DNA of 64,000 nucleotides from an uncultured Eubacteriales bacterium (GTDB lineage: Bacteria; Bacillota; Sulfobacillia; Fermentithermobacillales; Fermentithermobacillaceae), in contig CAZRRG010000002.1 in the NCBI GenBank assembly GCA_964602455.1, positions 1,100-65,099 of the forward strand. Reading direction: 5' to 3'. A program made the translations under genes and the position numbers. How positions within the stretch are numbered: the first letter of the stretch is position 1; each line of letters begins with the position of its first letter. The notes below the pieces were generated by a model that was given only the letters and a program-made list of their open reading frames with translations, made no database searches and had not been told where the DNA came from. Below are positions 38,880-49,491 of this stretch, one piece after another.

Positions 38880-40786
38880 CTATCTTCCCTCCTGGGGAAC
38901 CCGGGAGACGATTTCCCATCGCCGCCGTCCCCAACGGACTTCACCTGTCGCAGTAGAACCTCAAACTCACTGCGGAGTGCTTCGAGGGCGGGACCATCCT
39001 TCTGGCGCTCCAGGGCTGCCATTCTCTCCCGGAGCTCAGATAGCCGGATCTCCTTTAGTTTCCGAAGGCAGTCCTGCAATATGCGCCTCGGTTGGCTTGC
39101 AGGCACGTTCGCGCAAAGCCCCGCCATCCACTCTGAAAGATCCTTGTCTTCTACCCCGTCAAGCGAACCGCGCTCGAGAGCTAAGAACGCTTCCCGGCAC
39201 CTTTGGTCCGCAAAATCATCTGCAGTGAGGCTCTCGCGGACTAAGTTGCTGAGTCCTGTATCTTCGATGAGACACCGGATTACTCCTTCTTCAGCCTTTC
39301 TACGAACTATGCTTACTTCGGTATCGCCCTTCGCGCTTCCTGCTTCCGTTCCGGGCCTGGATGTCGTTCTCTGCCCAGGTAAAGGCTGGTTGTCATAATC
39401 GCTAGTATCCCTGTTTTCTGACTTTTTATACTTGGCTGCCTGCTGCGCTTTCCGCCTGTAAATTTCGACATCCTTGGCAAGCGAGTCCTTCTGCACGCCA
39501 AGTTCCCTGGAGATCTCCTCCACGTAGGCGGAAACCTCAAACTGGCTCTGAAGCGAGGCCAGCACAGGGAGCATGGCATCCTTCACGCGGAGTTTGCCTT
39601 CTATGCCCGACACACCGTAGAGCGCTTTTGCCTCTTCGTACAGGAACGAGATATCTGGCAGCGCGTCATCCAGCCTCTTCACGAACGCGTCTGTGCCCTC
39701 TTTGCGCAAAAACTCGTCAGGGTCCTTGGCCTTAGCGAAGGTTACCACTGAGCTGCGCCCTCCGGCCTCCCGGAACACCTCGATGCTCCGGCGAGCAGCC
39801 CGCTTGCCGGCCTCGTCCTGGTCGTACACAAGGAAGACCTTCTCCGAAAGCAGGAGGAGGGTTCGCGCTTGTTCGTGAGACAGAGCGGTACCCATCCCCG
39901 CAACCGTATAGTCTATTCCGTGCTGGAAGGACATGATAACGTCCATATACCCTTCCATGATGCATACCTTGTTCTCGCGCCGGATGGAGGGCTTGGCCAG
40001 GTTCAGCGCGTAGAGCTCCTTCCCCTTCCTGAAGAGAGGGGTGTCGGGCGAGTTTAGGTACTTGGGCTGCTCATCTCCTAACGCCCTTCCCCCGAATCCG
40101 ATGAGTTCACCGGCGGCATCCCAGATAGGGAATGTGATCCGGTTTCGAAACCTGTCGTAGAACCCACCGCTCTGACGCTCAAGCAGGAGTCCCGCTTTGA
40201 ACATGTCGGCCCTGTCGATCCCTGCTGACCTGCCGCTGCCGGCTATGAACTCCCACTCGGGAGGGGCATACCCGAGACCGAACCTATCGATGGTCTCCCT
40301 CGACAGGCCCCGCTGCTCCAGGTACTGCCTCGCCGCCCTGCCCGAAGGCCCGTCCAACGCCTCGCGGTAACGCTTCTGGGCGTACGCAAGCGCGGCCCGT
40401 AGCCTCTGCCGTTCCCTCATCGCGGCCTCTTCCTGTGCGCGAGCGCGACCTGTAGGCAGCGTGACCCCCGCTCTTCTGGCCAGGGCCGCGAGGGCTTCCG
40501 GAAAAGTGATCCCGTCTTTCCTCATGAGAAAATGGAACACGGTGCCGCCTGCGCCGCATCCGAAGCAGTAAAACAACTGCTTGTCGGGGTCAACCGAGAA
40601 CGAGGGCGTCTTTTCCTCGTGGAACGGGCAAAGACCGACGTAGTTCTTGCCTGTCTTGCGAAGCTTCACATACTCAGAAATCAGGGACACGATATCTACC
40701 CTGGACTTTACCTCGGCTATTACATCGTCACCGTAGAACCCGCCTGGCAAATCAAATCTCCTCGTAGTTCCAAGTCTTGGGGACAA
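38876..40786 (-). CDS. dnaG: DNA primase
   Basis: [13 protein letters not shown] zinc finger, toprim domain. Confidence 0.95.
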   Translation of the reverse strand: MSPRLGTTRRFDLPGGFYGDDVIAEVKSRVDIVSLISEYVKLRKTGKNYVGLCPFHEEKTPSFSVDPDKQLFYCFGCGAGGTVFHFLMRKDGITFPEALAALARRAGVTLPTGRARAQEEAAMRERQRLRAALAYAQKRYREALDGPSGRAARQYLEQRGLSRETIDRFGLGYAPPEWEFIAGSGRSAGIDRADMFKAGLLLERQSGGFYDRFRNRITFPIWDAAGELIGFGGRALGDEQPKYLNSPDTPLFRKGKELYALNLAKPSIRRENKVCIMEGYMDVIMSFQHGIDYTVAGMGTALSHEQARTLLLLSEKVFLVYDQDEAGKRAARRSIEVFREAGGRSSVVTFAKAKDPDEFLRKEGTDAFVKRLDDALPDISFLYEEAKALYGVSGIEGKLRVKDAMLPVLASLQSQFEVSAYVEEISRELGVQKDSLAKDVEIYRRKAQQAAKYKKSENRDTSDYDNQPLPGQRTTSRPGTEAGSAKGDTEVSIVRRKAEEGVIRCLIEDTGLSNLVRESLTADDFADQRCREAFLALERGSLDGVEDKDLSEWMAGLCANVPASQPRRILQDCLRKLKEIRLSELRERMAALERQKDGPALEALRSEFEVLLRQVKSVGDGGDGKSSPGFPRREDS

Positions 40787-41756
40787 AGATCTTGTTGTAG
40801 CGCGCTATCGCGAACCGGTCGGTCATGCCCGCGACGTAATCCCTGACCGCGCCAGGTTCTCCGGCGTACCTGTACGAGCCGGTCATATCCTCGGGATGCT
40901 CACGGAAGTGGTAGTACAGCGCCTCAACCAGGCCCTTTGCCTTGTCCTCTTCCTTCTTGGCCGCTGAATCCACATAGACGCGCTCAAACAGGAATGTTCT
41001 TAAGACGTTCAGAGCCCAAAGCGGTTCCCCTTCCAGGATCACCTGTCCGGACTCAATGCTCTGTTCGATCACAGCGGTAACCAGCGTGTTGATCCTCTGC
41101 CCGTGAGTCTTGCCGAGCACCCGGAGAGCGTCCCCCGGCAAGGCGTCCTGAGCCAGGACTCCCCCGCGCAGGGCATCGTCGATATCGTGGTTTACGTACG
41201 CGATCCTATCGGCAAGCTGGACGCACCGTCCTTCTGAGGTCGAAGGCTTCTGCTTCCACGGGTGGTTCACGATGCCGTCCCGGACTTCCCAGGTGAGGTT
41301 TAGCCCCCCGCTCTCCAGGACGTCGACGACCCTGAGGGACTGCTCGTTGTGGGAGAACCCTCCCGGATGAACCCTGTCCAGCACATCCTCACCGGCGTGG
41401 CCGAACGGTGTATGCCCCAGGTCGTGGCCCAGCGCGATCGCTTCGGTAAGGTCCTCGTTAAGCCTAAGACCCCTGGCTATGGTGCGGGCGATCTGGCATA
41501 CCTCAAGGGTATGGGTCAGGCGCGTGCGGAAATGGTCAGCCTCAGGCGCGATGAAAACCTGGGTCTTGTCTTTAAGGCGCCTGAACGCCTTGGAGTGCAC
41601 GACCCTGTCGCGATCCCGTTGAAAGACAGTACGAATAGGGCACTCCTCTTCAGGCACGGCCCGGCCTTTGGAGTTCGCGGCAAGGGTGGCCATACCGGAC
41701 AGCGTGGAGGCCTCAATTTCCATGGTGCGCTCGCGGATCGTCTTACTTTTGTCCAT
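40752..41756 (-). CDS. dgt: dGTP triphosphohydrolase-like HD protein
   Basis: FQRDRDRVVHSKAFRRLKDKTQVF. Confidence 0.85.
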   Translation of the reverse strand: MDKSKTIRERTMEIEASTLSGMATLAANSKGRAVPEEECPIRTVFQRDRDRVVHSKAFRRLKDKTQVFIAPEADHFRTRLTHTLEVCQIARTIARGLRLNEDLTEAIALGHDLGHTPFGHAGEDVLDRVHPGGFSHNEQSLRVVDVLESGGLNLTWEVRDGIVNHPWKQKPSTSEGRCVQLADRIAYVNHDIDDALRGGVLAQDALPGDALRVLGKTHGQRINTLVTAVIEQSIESGQVILEGEPLWALNVLRTFLFERVYVDSAAKKEEDKAKGLVEALYYHFREHPEDMTGSYRYAGEPGAVRDYVAGMTDRFAIARYNKIFVPKTWNYEEI

Positions 41757-41798
41757 GAGAACATATTCGAAGAAACCTCGTGATCTCCTCCGATTAGC

Positions 41799-41832
41799 TC
41801 AAGCGAGAAGGCCCCGGCGCAATACCGGGGCC
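41799..41832 (-). terminator. Terminator of ppdK
   Basis: GGCCCCGGtattgcgCCGGGGCC followed by TTCTCGCTT on the minus strand. Confidence 0.5.
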
Positions 41833-41882
41833 TATCCGCGTCATCGTTAGCCGGCGAGCCCTAGGGCCGTCCGGCCGGTCTG

Positions 41883-44534
41883 CTACTTCTGGGGATGGTC
41901 GAGCGCCGCGTGGGCGGCAGCCAGCCTTGCCACAGGAACCCTGAAGGGCGAGCAGGAGACGTAGTCGAGTCCGACCATGTGGCAGAACTCCACCGATTCG
42001 GGATCTCCGCCGTGCTCGCCGCAGATACCGATCACGAGGTCTGGACGAGTCTTGCGACCCAGCTGCACGGCCATCTCAACGAGCTTGCCCACTCCCTGCC
42101 TGTCGAGGGTCTGGAACGGGTTCTCCTTGAAGTACTTCTTCTCCAGGTAAGCGTGGAGGAACTTCGCCTCGGCGTCGTCACGGCTGTACCCAAAGGTCAT
42201 CTGGGTGAGGTCGTTGGTGCCGAAGGAGAAGAACTCGGCCCACTTGGCGATATCGTCAGCAACGAGAGCTGCACGCGGGATCTCGATCATGGTGCCTACG
42301 ACTATCGGGAAGTCGACGCCGGTCTCCTTGCGGACCTCTTCGCCGACCCTGACGACCATCTCGCGGTTCTCCTCGATCTCAGGCTCGATGCCAACCAAGG
42401 GGATCATGACTTCCGGCTTTACGTCGGTGTAGCCATCCTTGAACAGCTGAGCGGTGGCCTGGAAGATCGCCCTGGCCTGCATCTCGTAGATCTCGGGCCA
42501 CAGGACGCCCAAGCGGCAGCCGCGGAGCCCCATCATGGGGTTGGCCTCATGCAGCTCCCTGGCCTTGGCGAGGGTCTCCTCGACCTTGGCGATCTCGGAC
42601 GCGGGGGCGTTCTGGTGCTTCATCTCTACCAGCCTGACAGCCAGTTCCTCGGTTGACGGGAGGAACTCGTGAAGCGGCGGGTCAAGCAGTCTGATGGTCA
42701 CGGGGAATCCCCGCATGGCCTTCAGGATCCCGTAGAAGTCTTCCTGCTGCATGGGAAGGAGCTTGTCGAGAGCCGCCTTACGCTGTTCGACGGTCTCGGC
42801 CATGATCATCTCCTGAACCACTGGCAGCCTATCGGCCGCCATGAACATGTGCTCGGTACGGGTGAGGCCGATACCCTCGGCTCCGAGAGCGCGGGCCTTC
42901 TCGGCATCGGCAGGAGTGTCGGCGTTGGCCTTCACACCGAGGCGGCGGACTTCGTCAGCCCAGGTGAGGATCTCTTCGAAGGCGCCGGAGAGCTTCGGCT
43001 CGACCAAGGGGACCGCTCCGATGAACACGTTGCCGGTGCTGCCATCGATCGAGATTACGTCTCCCTCTTTGATGGTGGCCTTGCCGATAGTGGCCTTGCG
43101 GTTCTCGATATCCAGGTGGAGAGCGTCGCAACCGACGATGGCGGGCTTGCCCATTCCACGAGCAACGACCGCCGCGTGGCAGGTCATTCCGCCGCGAGAG
43201 GTAAGCACGCCCTGCGCGAAGACGATGCCGGGCATGTCTTCGGGCTTGGTCTCAGGCCTGACCAGGATGACCTTCTCGCCTTCCTGGCCCATCTTCTCGG
43301 CCTTCTTGTAGTCAAACACCACGGCGCCGATAGCGGCTCCCGGCGAAGCGGGAAGACCCTTGCCGACGACCTCGGCCTTGGCGTTGGGATCGATGCCCCT
43401 GTGGAGCATGCGTGACACTTCGTCGGCCTTGACCCTCTTCAGAGCCTCGGTCTTGGTGATACGGCCTTCGTGAACCATCTGGCGGGCTATCTCCAGCGAG
43501 GCGGCGGCGGTGCGCTTGCCGGTACGGGTCTGGAGCATGTACAGCTTCCCGTGCTCGATGGTGAACTCCATGTCCTGCATATCGCGGTAGTGATCCTCGA
43601 GCGTCTTCGCCACCTGCTTGATCTGCTCGTAGGTCTCGGGCAGGTCGTTAGGCATTTCGGCGATGGGCTTGGGGGTCCGGATACCGGCGACGACGTCTTC
43701 GCCCTGAGCGTTGACCAGGTACTCGCCGTACAGCACGTTCTCACCGGTCGACGGGTTCCTGGTGAACATAACACCGGTGCCCGAGTCAAATCCCATGTTA
43801 CCGAACACCATCATCTGGACGTTGACGGCGGTCCCGAGATCATCGGGGATCTTGTTGATCTTGCGGTACACGATGGCGCGCTCGGTGTTCCAGGAGCGGA
43901 ACACGGCCTCGACGGCCATCTTGAGCTGGTCCATCGGGTTGTCCGGGAACTCGATGCCGGCGTGCTCCTTCACGACCTTACGGTAGCCGGCGATGACCTT
44001 CTTCAGGCCCTCGACCGAGATCTCGTAGTCGTACTTCACTTTCTCGGCTTCACGCTGGGCCACAAGGACATGCTCGAAGTGGTCGTGGTCGACGCCGAGC
44101 ACTACGTCGCCGAACATCTGCATGAACCTTCGGTGGCAGTCCAGCGCAAACCGCTCGTTGCCGGTGGCGTCAATGAGCCCCTGCACGCTGTTGTCATTTA
44201 GTCCGAGGTTCAGGATGGTGTCCATCATGCCGGGCATGCTGATGGCAGCGCCCGAACGGACCGAGACCAGGAGGGGATTCTTCCTGCCTCCAAAGGTCTT
44301 TCCGGTCTCCTGCTCAAGAGCCTTGACGTGAGTCTCGACTTCTTCCCAGAGACCCTCCGGCAGCTTCTTGCCTTCCTTGTAGTACTCGATACAGGTCGCA
44401 GTCGTGATAGTGAATCCCGGGGGCACCGGCAGACCGATACGGGTCATCTCCGCCAATCCCGCGCCCTTGCCGCCGAGGACAGACCTCATGCTGTCATTGC
44501 CCTCGCGGAAACTGTACACGCGCTTTGTTCCCAC
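41883..44534 (-). CDS. ppdK: Pyruvate, phosphate dikinase
   Basis: Full-length PPDK. GTG start 7 nt after AGGAGG (the ORF track extends to 44642). Confidence 0.95.
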   Translation of the reverse strand: MGTKRVYSFREGNDSMRSVLGGKGAGLAEMTRIGLPVPPGFTITTATCIEYYKEGKKLPEGLWEEVETHVKALEQETGKTFGGRKNPLLVSVRSGAAISMPGMMDTILNLGLNDNSVQGLIDATGNERFALDCHRRFMQMFGDVVLGVDHDHFEHVLVAQREAEKVKYDYEISVEGLKKVIAGYRKVVKEHAGIEFPDNPMDQLKMAVEAVFRSWNTERAIVYRKINKIPDDLGTAVNVQMMVFGNMGFDSGTGVMFTRNPSTGENVLYGEYLVNAQGEDVVAGIRTPKPIAEMPNDLPETYEQIKQVAKTLEDHYRDMQDMEFTIEHGKLYMLQTRTGKRTAAASLEIARQMVHEGRITKTEALKRVKADEVSRMLHRGIDPNAKAEVVGKGLPASPGAAIGAVVFDYKKAEKMGQEGEKVILVRPETKPEDMPGIVFAQGVLTSRGGMTCHAAVVARGMGKPAIVGCDALHLDIENRKATIGKATIKEGDVISIDGSTGNVFIGAVPLVEPKLSGAFEEILTWADEVRRLGVKANADTPADAEKARALGAEGIGLTRTEHMFMAADRLPVVQEMIMAETVEQRKAALDKLLPMQQEDFYGILKAMRGFPVTIRLLDPPLHEFLPSTEELAVRLVEMKHQNAPASEIAKVEETLAKARELHEANPMMGLRGCRLGVLWPEIYEMQARAIFQATAQLFKDGYTDVKPEVMIPLVGIEPEIEENREMVVRVGEEVRKETGVDFPIVVGTMIEIPRAALVADDIAKWAEFFSFGTNDLTQMTFGYSRDDAEAKFLHAYLEKKYFKENPFQTLDRQGVGKLVEMAVQLGRKTRPDLVIGICGEHGGDPESVEFCHMVGLDYVSCSPFRVPVARLAAAHAALDHPQK

Positions 44535-44645
44535 GCTTCCGCCTCCTATGTTGTGAGTCTTGAATCTCCGAGAGTTGGGTGGTGCATAAGGCCCGACTGC
44601 ACAATCGGGGATATTGTATCCGTTAGTGAAGGTGCATTTCAATAA

Positions 44646-46775
44646 TCACCCTTCCCTACCTAGCAAGGGTAGAATGTGGGCAAAATCGGCATAGCTGGTA
44701 TACAGGCGAGAAACTCTGCGCAAGAGCGCCAACCTGTTTGACCGCACTGCAAGATCATCCGCCATGATTAGCACTTCATCCAAGCAACGGTCGACAGGTC
44801 CCCGGAGACCAGCCAGGCGGTCGAGGTACCCGCCGTAGTCGCCCTCCTCGTACATCCGGGCAAGGATGGGCGAGACCTCTGTGACGGCACAGTGCAAAGC
44901 CCTCTCCGGCTCCTCCGCGAGGAGGTCGGGATCGACGTCTCCCCCGCTCTCCGCACCCTTGGCCAGGACGCTGGTGCGCCTCCACCCGGTGACGACATCG
45001 GCAAGTCTTTTCCCTTCCAGCCGGGAGAGGGCCTGGGCCATTGCGGGCAGCCTTGCAATCCGCTTCTCGCCGCCTCCAAGCGCCGCTCTTGTAACCTCAA
45101 CTGAGAAGCCTCTATCGATGAGGGCGCCTTCCACTCTGCCCAGAAGGAACTGTAGCAGCTTGGCTTTGCGATCCGGCGCAGGATTCATGACAACTCCGGT
45201 AGCCAAGCGCAGGGGCTCATCGAGCAGCCCCTCCAAGTCCGCGTCGTACCCGTGGCCCATCAGGATCGAGACCACGCCCATGGCGTTCCGCCGCAGGCCA
45301 AACGGGTCCGCTGAACCCGAGACCTCCATGCCGAGGGAGAACGCGACAGCCAGTGTGTCGAGTTTGTCCACCAGAGCAACCACCGACGGGATACCTGGCT
45401 CGGGAAGCCGGTCTTTGGCGCCGCGAGGGAGATACTGGTCCCGGATGGCCGCCACGATCCCGGCGGGCAGGCCCTCGAGCTCGCCGTAACGCCATCCCAT
45501 GATGCCCTCGAGTTCAGGGAACTCCCTGACCATTGCGGTGACCAGGTCGGCCTTCGCCAGCTTAGCCGCACGAGCAGCCACATCCGCATCGAAACGCTCT
45601 TGACTGCCCGTCTCAGGACTGCTGACCGCGGACCTATGCTGCAGCGCCGGCGAGACCACACGCGCCAGACGCTCCATGCGGCCGGCCTTATCAAGCATGG
45701 TTCCGGAGTTGCGCAGGAACCGGACTCCCGCGAGTTCAGGCAGTCTGGCCTCCAGCGATACCTTCCTGTCCTGTTCGAAGAAGAACTCGGCGTCCTCGAG
45801 CCTGGCCCGCAGGACCCACTCGTTTCCGGAGCGCACGGTCTCCATGCCGTGACTGGGATGCCCGTCCCTTACTCCCACAAAACCCGGGAGTATGTTGCCC
45901 TGGGCGTCCTCTACAGGGAAGTACCTTTGGTGATGGCGCATGGCCGTCACCAGCACTTCCTTGGGAAGGCTCCGGTACCTGTCCTCAAATCGCCCCAGGA
46001 AAGCCGAAGGATGTTCGCAGAGGGACGTGACCTCCGACAACAGCTCGTCGTCGATGACCGGCTCGCCCCCGAGCTCCAAGGCTACCTTCCGCGCTCCTTC
46101 AGTGATGAGCGCGGCGCGGCGGTCGGGATCCACGATCACCGACGCGTCATCCATCACCTTGAAGTAGTCGGCTGCTGAGGGCACTTCCAGGGGACCCGGG
46201 TGGAGAGTCCGGTGGCCCAAGGTACGCCGGCCCGAAGAGTGCCCGGCGATGAACATGGGCACGACGTCTTTCCCGTAGAGGGCGACGACCCAGCGGATGG
46301 GCCTGTACCAGCGCCAGTTCTCGTCACCCCACCGCATCGGGTAGGGAGACTCCAGCCCCATAACGACGGAGGGCAGGATGGCGGATAGGACATCGGCCGC
46401 CGGCCGGCCCTTCTCGTGACGCTGGCCGTACACGTACTCGCCTCCGGCCTCCTCCTTGAGGATCACCTCTGACGGGTCTATCCCCAGCGACCGGGCAAAT
46501 CCCAGGAGCGCCTTGGACGGATTGCCGTCCTGGTCATACGCCGCCTTCTTGGAAGGCCCCCTTACTTCGGTGACGGCGTCGCCGCTCCTATCGGAAAGGT
46601 CTTCAACAACCAAGACCAGCCTGCGCGGGGTGCCGTAGGTCTTTACTTCCGAAAACGCCATGCGGGCCTCTTTGAGAGCAGCCTCGGCCTTGGCGCGCAG
46701 GTCCCGCACCGCTAGGGGAAGATAGCGGGCCGGTATCTCGTCGCAACCTACCTCAAGCAGGAACTTCTCAGGCAT
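44646..46775 (-). CDS. glyS: Glycine--tRNA ligase beta subunit
   Basis: [20 protein letters not shown]. Confidence 0.93.
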   Translation of the reverse strand: MPEKFLLEVGCDEIPARYLPLAVRDLRAKAEAALKEARMAFSEVKTYGTPRRLVLVVEDLSDRSGDAVTEVRGPSKKAAYDQDGNPSKALLGFARSLGIDPSEVILKEEAGGEYVYGQRHEKGRPAADVLSAILPSVVMGLESPYPMRWGDENWRWYRPIRWVVALYGKDVVPMFIAGHSSGRRTLGHRTLHPGPLEVPSAADYFKVMDDASVIVDPDRRAALITEGARKVALELGGEPVIDDELLSEVTSLCEHPSAFLGRFEDRYRSLPKEVLVTAMRHHQRYFPVEDAQGNILPGFVGVRDGHPSHGMETVRSGNEWVLRARLEDAEFFFEQDRKVSLEARLPELAGVRFLRNSGTMLDKAGRMERLARVVSPALQHRSAVSSPETGSQERFDADVAARAAKLAKADLVTAMVREFPELEGIMGWRYGELEGLPAGIVAAIRDQYLPRGAKDRLPEPGIPSVVALVDKLDTLAVAFSLGMEVSGSADPFGLRRNAMGVVSILMGHGYDADLEGLLDEPLRLATGVVMNPAPDRKAKLLQFLLGRVEGALIDRGFSVEVTRAALGGGEKRIARLPAMAQALSRLEGKRLADVVTGWRRTSVLAKGAESGGDVDPDLLAEEPERALHCAVTEVSPILARMYEEGDYGGYLDRLAGLRGPVDRCLDEVLIMADDLAVRSNRLALLRRVSRLYTSYADFAHILPLLGREG

Positions 46776-47637
46776 GGTCTTCGCCCTCCAGATCAAGGGC
46801 GTACTTCTTGGCGCACGCTCTGGTAAGCGCCCTCACCCGCCCGATGTAGTTCTGACGCTCCGACACCGAAAGGGCGCCCCGAGCGTCAAGAAGGTTGAAG
46901 GTATGGGAGCACTTCAGGGCCCAATCGTAAGACGGGAGCACGAGGCCCTTTTCGAGCACCCGCTTGGACTCTGCCTCGTACATGTCGAACAGGCTGCGCA
47001 GCATGTCGGTGTCGGCAACCTCAAATCCGTAAGCGGAACCCTGCTTCTCCTGGTCAAGGAAGATATCCTTGTATCGCAAGCCGGGCGACACCATTACATC
47101 CCAGGAGTTGTCGAGTCCCTGTATGTATGCCGCAAGCCGCTCGAGCCCGTAGGTTATCTCGCAAGAGATGGGGTTCACCTGGAGCCCGCCCATCTCCTGG
47201 AAGTAGGTGAACTGGGTAATCTCGTTTCCGTCCAGCCAGACTTCCCAGCCCAGGCCTGACGCACCCAACGTGGGGGATTCCCAGTTGTCCTCGACAAGGC
47301 GGATATCGTGTTCTTCCCTGTGGATCCCCAACCGCTCCAGCGACTCTATGTACATCTCCACAATCATATCGGGCGGCGGCTTCAGGATGACCTGGAACTG
47401 GAAGTAGTGGCCCATGCGGTACGGGTTGTCCCCGTAGCGGGCATCCTGAGGCCTTCTCGAGGGTTCAACATAAGCGATCTTCCACGGCTTTTTGCCCAGT
47501 ACCCTGAAGAAGGTATAGGGGTTCATCGTCCCCGCGCCTTTTTCGGTATCGTAGGGCTGAGCAATGTAGCAGCCCTTTTCGGCCCAGAACCCTTGGAGAG
47601 CCGCGATCACGTCGCAGAATGTCTTGATCTCCTGCAC
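46768..47637 (-). CDS. glyQ: Glycine--tRNA ligase alpha subunit
   Basis: Aligns end to end with B. subtilis GlyQ. GTG start after GGAAGGAG. Confidence 0.95.
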   Translation of the reverse strand: MQEIKTFCDVIAALQGFWAEKGCYIAQPYDTEKGAGTMNPYTFFRVLGKKPWKIAYVEPSRRPQDARYGDNPYRMGHYFQFQVILKPPPDMIVEMYIESLERLGIHREEHDIRLVEDNWESPTLGASGLGWEVWLDGNEITQFTYFQEMGGLQVNPISCEITYGLERLAAYIQGLDNSWDVMVSPGLRYKDIFLDQEKQGSAYGFEVADTDMLRSLFDMYEAESKRVLEKGLVLPSYDWALKCSHTFNLLDARGALSVSERQNYIGRVRALTRACAKKYALDLEGEDHA

Positions 47638-47726
47638 CTTCGGTAGACTCCTTCCTGTAGCGCCCCGGCCCTGAGGGTCTGCCCGCCGATTGCCAGGCAT
47701 CCGGGGACAGTCGATCTTCGCCGCCG

Positions 47727-48473
47727 TCACACCTCTATCCTTTCCACGAGGGAGACGGAGTTAAGGCGTTTGCCCAGAATACCGGAAATGTAGGCGATGA
47801 GGACGGCGGTTGCCTCTTTGCGAACGACTCCCCGGGCGTTAACGCTAGGACCCGAACGGCCGCTTTCAGATATGAGAGAGAGCGTACGCGCAGCCCCCAA
47901 GGACACCTCTGTCATCTCCTCGCCCAGAACGGACTGGCCTTTGCATTTGGGGCAGATGATACCGCCGGCGGTAGGCGAGAAGAAGAGCGGCGCTGACGGA
48001 GGAGAGCCGCACAACGCGCACGCGCCGAAGGTGGGAGCGAACCCTGTCCTGGCAAGGATGCCGATGGCGCCCCAGATCGCTACGGGCCAGGGATCCTCCC
48101 TCTCCTCCAACGCAGTGAGAACCGCGTCCGAGAACTCAAAGACGGCGGGATTAGCCTCCCGCAAGGGAAGGATCGAGGACAGGAGTTCCGCCAGGAAGCC
48201 CGCGTACACCATCTTGTTGTAGTCCAGCATGATCCCGGCGTAGGACCGCGACGCGCCGACCTGGGTTATGCGGTCAAAGGTGCGCCCCCTGAACACTTCT
48301 ATTGTCGCCTTGCTGTAGGGCTGAGTTATTGCCGAAAGCTTGCTCTGCGGCCTCCGGGCGCCCTTCACAACAGCCTTCACTAACCCCTCGTCGCGAGTCA
48401 GGACCGTCGCCACTCTATCGTGCTCGCCCAGGTCGAACTGGGCGAGGAATATGCCCTCGGTCTGGTACAGCAT
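47727..48473 (-). CDS. recO: DNA repair protein RecO
   Basis: OB-fold N-terminus and C4 zinc motif CALCG...CPKC. Confidence 0.9.
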   Translation of the reverse strand: MLYQTEGIFLAQFDLGEHDRVATVLTRDEGLVKAVVKGARRPQSKLSAITQPYSKATIEVFRGRTFDRITQVGASRSYAGIMLDYNKMVYAGFLAELLSSILPLREANPAVFEFSDAVLTALEEREDPWPVAIWGAIGILARTGFAPTFGACALCGSPPSAPLFFSPTAGGIICPKCKGQSVLGEEMTEVSLGAARTLSLISESGRSGPSVNARGVVRKEATAVLIAYISGILGKRLNSVSLVERIEV

Positions 48474-49040
48474 CTACTTCGGACCCGTGCCGGGCGACAG
48501 CGGCAACGCCAGACCAGCCAGCGCCGGGAGCACGATAAGGGCAAGATAGAGAGCGAACGGTCTCCAGCGGGTATCCAGGAAGGACTGGAGCCTGGGGCCA
48601 AGTTCGGGGATGACGGGGCAGAACACGATGAGACCGATAAGGACCGAGAACGCCGCGGACAGCAACACCCCGGCGGCCGCTACATCTTTCACAACCTTGG
48701 CGATGGGGTTGTGGCGGGGCTCCAGGAGATCGGTCATTGACTCTGCCACAGTGTTCACAACCTCGGCCAGCAGTACGCCTGCGATAGCGAGCACGACCAT
48801 AAGTACCTCCATCCGCCCGACCCCGAGCACTATGCAGGCGGCGCCGGCCAGGGTAGCCAGGAGAACGTGCAGCCGCATGTTGGGTTGGGTCAGGTAGACG
48901 TAGGAGAGTCCTTCCCAGGCATATGCAAAGCTCCTCGCGACAGGGCGAAGCCCCCAGGAGGAAGGCGGGCTGCCGTAGAGACCGTAGGCGCCCTTCAGAC
49001 CCTTATTACCGCTCTCAGGGCCTCGTCCTGGCGCTTCCAC
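48474..49040 (-). CDS. dgkA: Diacylglycerol/undecaprenol kinase (DgkA family), with an N-terminal extension overlapping ybeY
   Basis: RSFAYAWEGL and EVVNTVAES motifs. The start is uncertain: there is no in-frame ATG near the conserved N-terminus, and GTG at 49040 is the best candidate. Confidence 0.7.
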   Translation of the reverse strand: MEAPGRGPESGNKGLKGAYGLYGSPPSSWGLRPVARSFAYAWEGLSYVYLTQPNMRLHVLLATLAGAACIVLGVGRMEVLMVVLAIAGVLLAEVVNTVAESMTDLLEPRHNPIAKVVKDVAAAGVLLSAAFSVLIGLIVFCPVIPELGPRLQSFLDTRWRPFALYLALIVLPALAGLALPLSPGTGPK

Positions 49041-49486
49041 ATGACCGCCTCTTTTTCCGGAGTGTCGTGGTCGTACCCAAGTAGATGGAGGGCGCCGTGA
49101 ACCAGAAGGAGAGCGATCTCTTCCTGCACGGTCTTGCCGTTGACCTTTGCCTGCCGGGCTGCCGTGTCCAGAGAGATGATCACATCGCCCAGCATCTCCG
49201 GTATCCCGGGGACCTTGACCATATCTTCCTCATCGCTATCCCTGAAAGCGAAGGAGAGCACGTCCGTTGGCCCTTCCACCCCACGGTACTGCTGGTTTAG
49301 CTCGGCGATGAAATCATCGTTGGTGAAGAGCACCGACACCTCGGCTTCCCCGGGTTTAAAGCCCGAGAGAGAAAGCGCGGCGTGCACAGCGCTTTCAGCC
49401 AGGTGGGCAAGCGCCTCCTTTTCACCATCGGGAAGTTCGGGATTGGTTAACGTGTCGATCTCGACAGTCACGTAGCTATCCTCCAT
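48995..49486 (-). CDS. ybeY: rRNA maturation RNase YbeY
   Basis: HGALHLLGYDH. Confidence 0.9.
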   Translation of the reverse strand: MEDSYVTVEIDTLTNPELPDGEKEALAHLAESAVHAALSLSGFKPGEAEVSVLFTNDDFIAELNQQYRGVEGPTDVLSFAFRDSDEEDMVKVPGIPEMLGDVIISLDTAARQAKVNGKTVQEEIALLLVHGALHLLGYDHDTPEKEAVMWKRQDEALRAVIRV

Positions 49487-49491
49487 CGCGG

